This document shows, piece by piece, positions 59,001 through 64,000 of a stretch of 64,000 nucleotides of DNA. The notes under the pieces were generated by a model. It saw only the letters and a list, made by a program, of their open reading frames with translations, searched no databases and was not told where the DNA came from. Location: the NCBI RefSeq assembly GCF_009914755.1, contig NC_060939.1. One strand, 5' to 3'. The translations under genes and the position numbers were made by a program. This stretch comes from the human T2T-CHM13v2.0 reference genome, Homo sapiens. Each line of letters opens with the position of its first letter. The stretch's first letter is position 1.

Positions 59001-60745
59001 TGTTCACTTAAAGCCCAAGGGCTTTTCAGTCAGGTCGTGGTGAATGTTGCCAGGCCTGGGACTCACCCTTCAAGGGAGTGGGCTCCCCTCTGGCCCTGGG
59101 CAAGTCTAGAAATGCTGTCTAAGAGTCAAATCCTGGAATCAGGCACCCCAAGAGTCCACGTGGTGCTCTGCCCTGCTGTGGCTGTGCTAGTTCTTAAGGT
59201 GCAAGACAAAGGCCCCTTTACTTTTCCCTTTGCTTTCACAAGCAGAAGGAGTCTTTCACTGTAGCCACTACAACTGGGAATGTGCTGGATCACCCCTGAA
59301 GTCAGTATGTCTCAGAGCCCAAGGCCCATGGCCTGCTATTAATACCTTGGTATTGCTGCTGGTTATTTGGGGCCCAAGGTCCCTTTATTTAGCAGGTGAT
59401 GAATGCTGTCAGAACTGGGTCCTTCCCTTCAAGGCAGCAGATTCCCTCTTGGCCCAGGATGTGTCTAGAAATGTCATTTAGGAGCTAGGGCTTGTAATGG
59501 TGGCTGCGTGACTCAGCCTGGCACCCTGTTGGCTGTCTTCCATGGCCGAGGTGGTATCCGAGATGCAAGATAACATCCTCTTTACTTTTTGTTCTCCTCT
59601 CCTTAAACAGAAGGAATGAGACACTTTTGTTGCTGTGAACTGCACTGCCTGGTGTTGGGGAAGGCATGGCATAAGCAATCCTTTAGTGCCCTGGTTGGTG
59701 TTTTCCTAGGTCACAATTGGTGTCTCCCTAGGTGCCAGCCTAGTCCTCTGGCTCTGAGTCAAGCCCAGCACTAGGATTTGCCTAGAAAATGGAGCCATTG
59801 TATCCTAGACTGCCCTTCAAGTTTACCTAGGACCCCAGAGCACTTTGGCCAGTAGTGGCAAGACTTGCTGACAAACTGGAGTTCTGACCCACAGGATGGG
59901 TGATTTTCCTCTGGCTATAGCTGGTCCAGATGCTTCCTCCATGCATGGGTACTCAAAGTCTCCGCCCCGCATGACTTTGCTCTCCACTCTGACAGGGCAG
60001 CACTGAGTTCAATGCACAGTCGCCCAGTCACTGTGCTGTCCCTCCCCTAAGTGCACAGACTCTTCAGGCTGCACAGCCACTGCAGGAGTGAGTCAGGAAG
60101 GGGTGGTGTCAGCTTTTTAAGTCTCTCCAACCTTCTTCAATGCCTCTTTCAATGATATGAAGTTAAAACCAGGTACTGTGTTTGCTCACCTGATTTTTGG
60201 TTCTTGTGATGATGTTTTTGTGTGCAGGTAGTTGTTAAAATTTGGTGTTCCTGCAGAGGGAATGAATAGTGTAGGCTTCTATTCCACCCTCTTGCCTCAC
60301 TTTCATTTCTTGATGTGTCTTTGCCAAAAGCTTTTACCCCTGATACTTCACTTTTAGCATCTTCACAGTCTTCTCAACATTGAAGTTTTTCCTGATTTGA
60401 GACAAATTTTTCTACCCATTTAGTGAATTTATTTTTGAAATTTCTTGTGCCTCCTTCTAATTTCTGCTGTATGCTGTATAAGCTGGAAGACTCTAAAGGG
60501 CTGGGGAAACTGGAGTTAGAAATATTATGTAAAGGCCTTGATATTCTTACATTTTCCCCTTAGGATGGAATTTTTTAACCCAGAACAAATGAAAGGTGCA
60601 ACTAGTGTTATAGACCTTATCTTCATACTATAGCATTTAGAATTCCGTGCCTTTATGTTATGGAAACCTTGGACAATTCTGAAATGATGAATGTTCAGAG
60701 AGGCACTTGAATATATCTTAATGGTTTGGTTTTTTTTCTATATGA

Positions 60746-60853
<108 letters not shown>

Positions 60854-61149
60854 TAAGTATCTTAAATTCTCAAGCACCTTCTTTTAAAAGGATGTACATG
60901 GATCGTTATGTAAGATCTTTTTTGCATGCAAACATTGAAAAATCTATAATTTGAAGAATAATGTATATATAGGGGGCTTATACCAATCAGACACAGTGCA
61001 AGCCCTTTATCTCATGTAATTTTCAAAATATTATTTTGAAATGTATATTCTTGTCCTCATTTTTAAAACTTTAGAGAGGAAACAGGAAAAGTACATAATC
61101 GATGTGAATAAAACTATGAAATCATATTGTAGCAGACGGAATGATGATC

Positions 61150-62640
61150 ACCAAACATTCCAAGTCTCTTACAGTTGTCATTGGGCTATGAACAGAAGTT
61201 TAGTTAATCTCTTCCAAGCCAAAACAGACAAAAATTGGTGTGTGGACCTCCAAATGACTTTCCAGCCATGAAGATGAGTAAAATTCCAATTGGTAAAATC
61301 TCCTAGCCTGGTGTCTGGGTGACCGTGTGTGGACCATGTAGAAAAAAGGATCTTTCTTCGTCACTACTGCTGCATTGAATGGGTTAAGCCACTGGAATTT
61401 TTAGGTTACTATCCTGCTTATCTTTGCTAATGTTGAAATTGGTATTGGGAATGGAATGCTGCATAACAAAAATTCAGAAGTGTGGCATTACCTTAGCAGT
61501 TAGGTGGGAGCCAGCAAGGAAACTGATATTGGAGGCTGGAAAGATAAAGGATTAATATTATGTAGTGGCAATGAATTTAGTAAAACTATCATCTGTGGTA
61601 AATTGGGAGGCACAACAGGTGTCTAATGAACTTGTTCTCTGGGGAAAGAGGCTGAAACACAATATCAACAGTATGTCCTGTTAAAGAGACAAGTTTGGGA
61701 AACATTTGGCTGATTTGTAAGCAGAAATAAAAGGGAATACCTGATTATCTAATTCAGAGTCACAAAGATTTACGACCATGATTTCTTTGAAGAGCTTTAT
61801 GGTTTTAACTCTTAGATTCAGGTTCTTTGATCCATTTTGAGTTAATTTTTGTATGTGGTATAAGAGTCAACCTCCATTCTTTTGCACATGGATAGCCATT
61901 TGTCTCAGCATTATTTGTTGAGAAGACTGTTCTTTCCCCATTGAATGTTCTTAGCACTTTTGTCAAAAATCAGTTGACTGCAGACATATGGTTTTATTTT
62001 TGGACTTTCATATCTGTTCCATTGATCTATATGGTTGTCATTATGCCAACAGCACACTCTTGATTACCCTTGTTGTAACTGTGGAGTTGTGGAGTAAGCT
62101 GGTTTTAGACCTCAAGAATTACAAGGTAAAATTGAGAAAATCTGTAAGGAACAAAAGCCTATCAAAATTCAACCTTGAGACAAATATCAGACTAAACATG
62201 TGGACTTCATGACTACTGATACAATTTTTCAGTGGATTAAGGCTCCTCAATGCAAGGATCAGATTAAATGGCACATAGTGAAACTTTTCATTTGGGTAAA
62301 ATGGCCCATGGCAAAGACCTAACTAAAGTTATAGTCTCTCCTTAGAAGCTTGGCAGTGTTAAAGTAACCCATTTTTAAATTGAGAAAGAGAGGTCAGGTG
62401 AAGAAATAAATAAATAATTAGTCTTGGAAAGAATTGTAGGTGATGTAATGGCATGTAGAACTGGCTGAAATTAAATAGGGAAGAAACCCACTAGTTTGGG
62501 GGAAAGTTTTATCAGCAAAGAAACTCTAACAATGGACTATAATTATTTCTGGCTTTTAAAATATTAAAACAACTATGGGTACCCCGCCTTCCAGTATTCT
62601 AAGATCAAGAAGTAGGCTATAAGAGGTGCATAGCCCTACA
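61150..62640 (+). mobile_element. MLT1 LTR plus MaLR internal sequence, interrupted by an antisense L1M piece (~61750-62075)
   Basis: LTR end '...ctaatgtt' followed by 'gaaattggtattgggaatgg' MLT-int-like start and 'ggaggctggaaa...tatgtagtggca'. Confidence 0.6.
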
Positions 62641-62729
62641 GGGTTTAGAGACAAAAGAGAAGCTTATTACTGACATGGCAGTATATTTGGCTCATGTGAA
62701 ATATTGGGACATTATTCATTTATTCAAAA

Positions 62730-63270
62730 ATAATTATTGCATGCGATCCAGTATTTCCCTTCCTAGATATTTACCCAAGAGAAATATAGACATATATCCA
62801 CGAAAAAACCTGCATGTGAATTTTTAGATCAATTTTATTCATAATTACCAAAACCTGGAAATAATTAAAATATTTATCAATTGGTGGCTGGATAAACAAA
62901 TTATGGTATATCCATGCAATGGAATACTACTTGGCAATAAAAAGACATGAACTACTAATAGAATAACAACATAGTTGCTAAGTGAAAGAAGCCGGGCTAA
63001 AAAACGTCCATAATCTATGTTTTCACTTATTTGATGCTCTGGAAAAGGCAGAGCTTTAGGGACAGAAATCAAAGTGGTTGTCTGGGGCTTGAGTAGGAGT
63101 TAGGGGACTACCAAGGAACACAAGGGAACTTTTTGAGATGGTGGAAATACTCTCTGTCTTGGTGGTTGTGGTGGTTATGTGACCATATACATTAGCTAAA
63201 ACATATTGACCTGTATATGTAAAAAGAGTATATTGTGTGATGTATCAATTATATCTCAAACCTGAAAAAA
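62730..63270 (+). mobile_element. L1ME/MC-type 3' end
   Basis: 'tcctagatatttacccaagagaaa...ggataaacaaattatggtatatccatgcaatggaatactac'. Confidence 0.75.
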
Positions 63271-64000
63271 ATAATTTTTGAACACTGTTAGTGCCAGTTC
63301 TAGCTACTGGTATTACAGTGGTGAGTAAACAGACCTGATCTTGCTTCCAAGAAGTTAATATGTGTTGCTTTTGAGTATTTTTTAAGTACATCAATTACAC
63401 ATTTTTATATTTTGATAGACATATGTATGCGTACATATACCATGAAACCACTTATCTTTATTATATGTAATACTGTGATATTCTATGAAAAATAGATATT
63501 TAAGTTATCAAAATTCCAAACTTTGGATTATACATAAGATTAGACATGATGTTTATCCAGTAAACTAAAGAACTGAAATGATGCTAACAACAGATGATGA
63601 TGTTGTGATGATGACGCTCTGTTTACCTATCAGTTTTTTTTTAATGCAACTGTTTGAACAGATGGCTTTTACCATGTAAAACATGGCATTTGTTGATCAG
63701 TTGGGAATTCCTGAATATGGGAGATAATTCTATAAAGAAACCATTCATTTCAGGTTGGAACAATGATATTCCACCTAAATAATTATAATTAGGAAGAATA
63801 TATTTTAATAGGTCTTCAACACCCAGGATGACTCTGTCAAAAAATGTGATGGGAAACCAGAGTTTAATTTCCTAATAACGTAGTATACGTATCCTCCAGT
63901 CTGCTTGAAGCATGGTTTACCATACAGTTATTTCCATCATATTACAAACAGACATTTCATGGAGTTAAACAAAAGTAAGAATACCATACTATAGCTTACT

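Overview
Hominid (very likely human) genomic DNA that is AT-rich and dominated by transposons. The only protein-coding gene I can support is the 5' part of TEX9 on the + strand. It has a CpG-island promoter (~42.1-42.5 kb) with a near-consensus RFX X-box and four coding exons (42276-42302, 42404-42495, 50266-50329, 60773-60852). These splice GT-AG in frame to [87 protein letters not shown](R)..., and the gene continues past the window. The window opens inside a decayed HMGB1 processed pseudogene (1-1071). The rest includes two near full-length, oppositely oriented L1MA2-like LINEs (4.2-12.6 kb +, 51.2-60.3 kb -), each carrying younger nested insertions. There is also an old ERVL provirus (13.0-18.5 kb -) with nested LTRs and Alus, plus many L1M, Alu, MIR, L2 and MaLR fragments. 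I cannot firmly support a new biological system. The best second-look items are: (1) a twin-primed L1PA3 whose inversion breakpoint lies within ~35 nt of the position homologous to its target site in the host L1; (2) two independent insertions at the same TT/AA step of the two L1MA2 copies, on opposite strands; (3) paired CRE sites just upstream of TEX9 exon 3; (4) a speculative minus-strand chain of in-phase microexons between 30.1 and 19.3 kb; (5) several templated-repair scars. Repeat subfamily names come from remembered consensus sequences, not from a RepeatMasker run.
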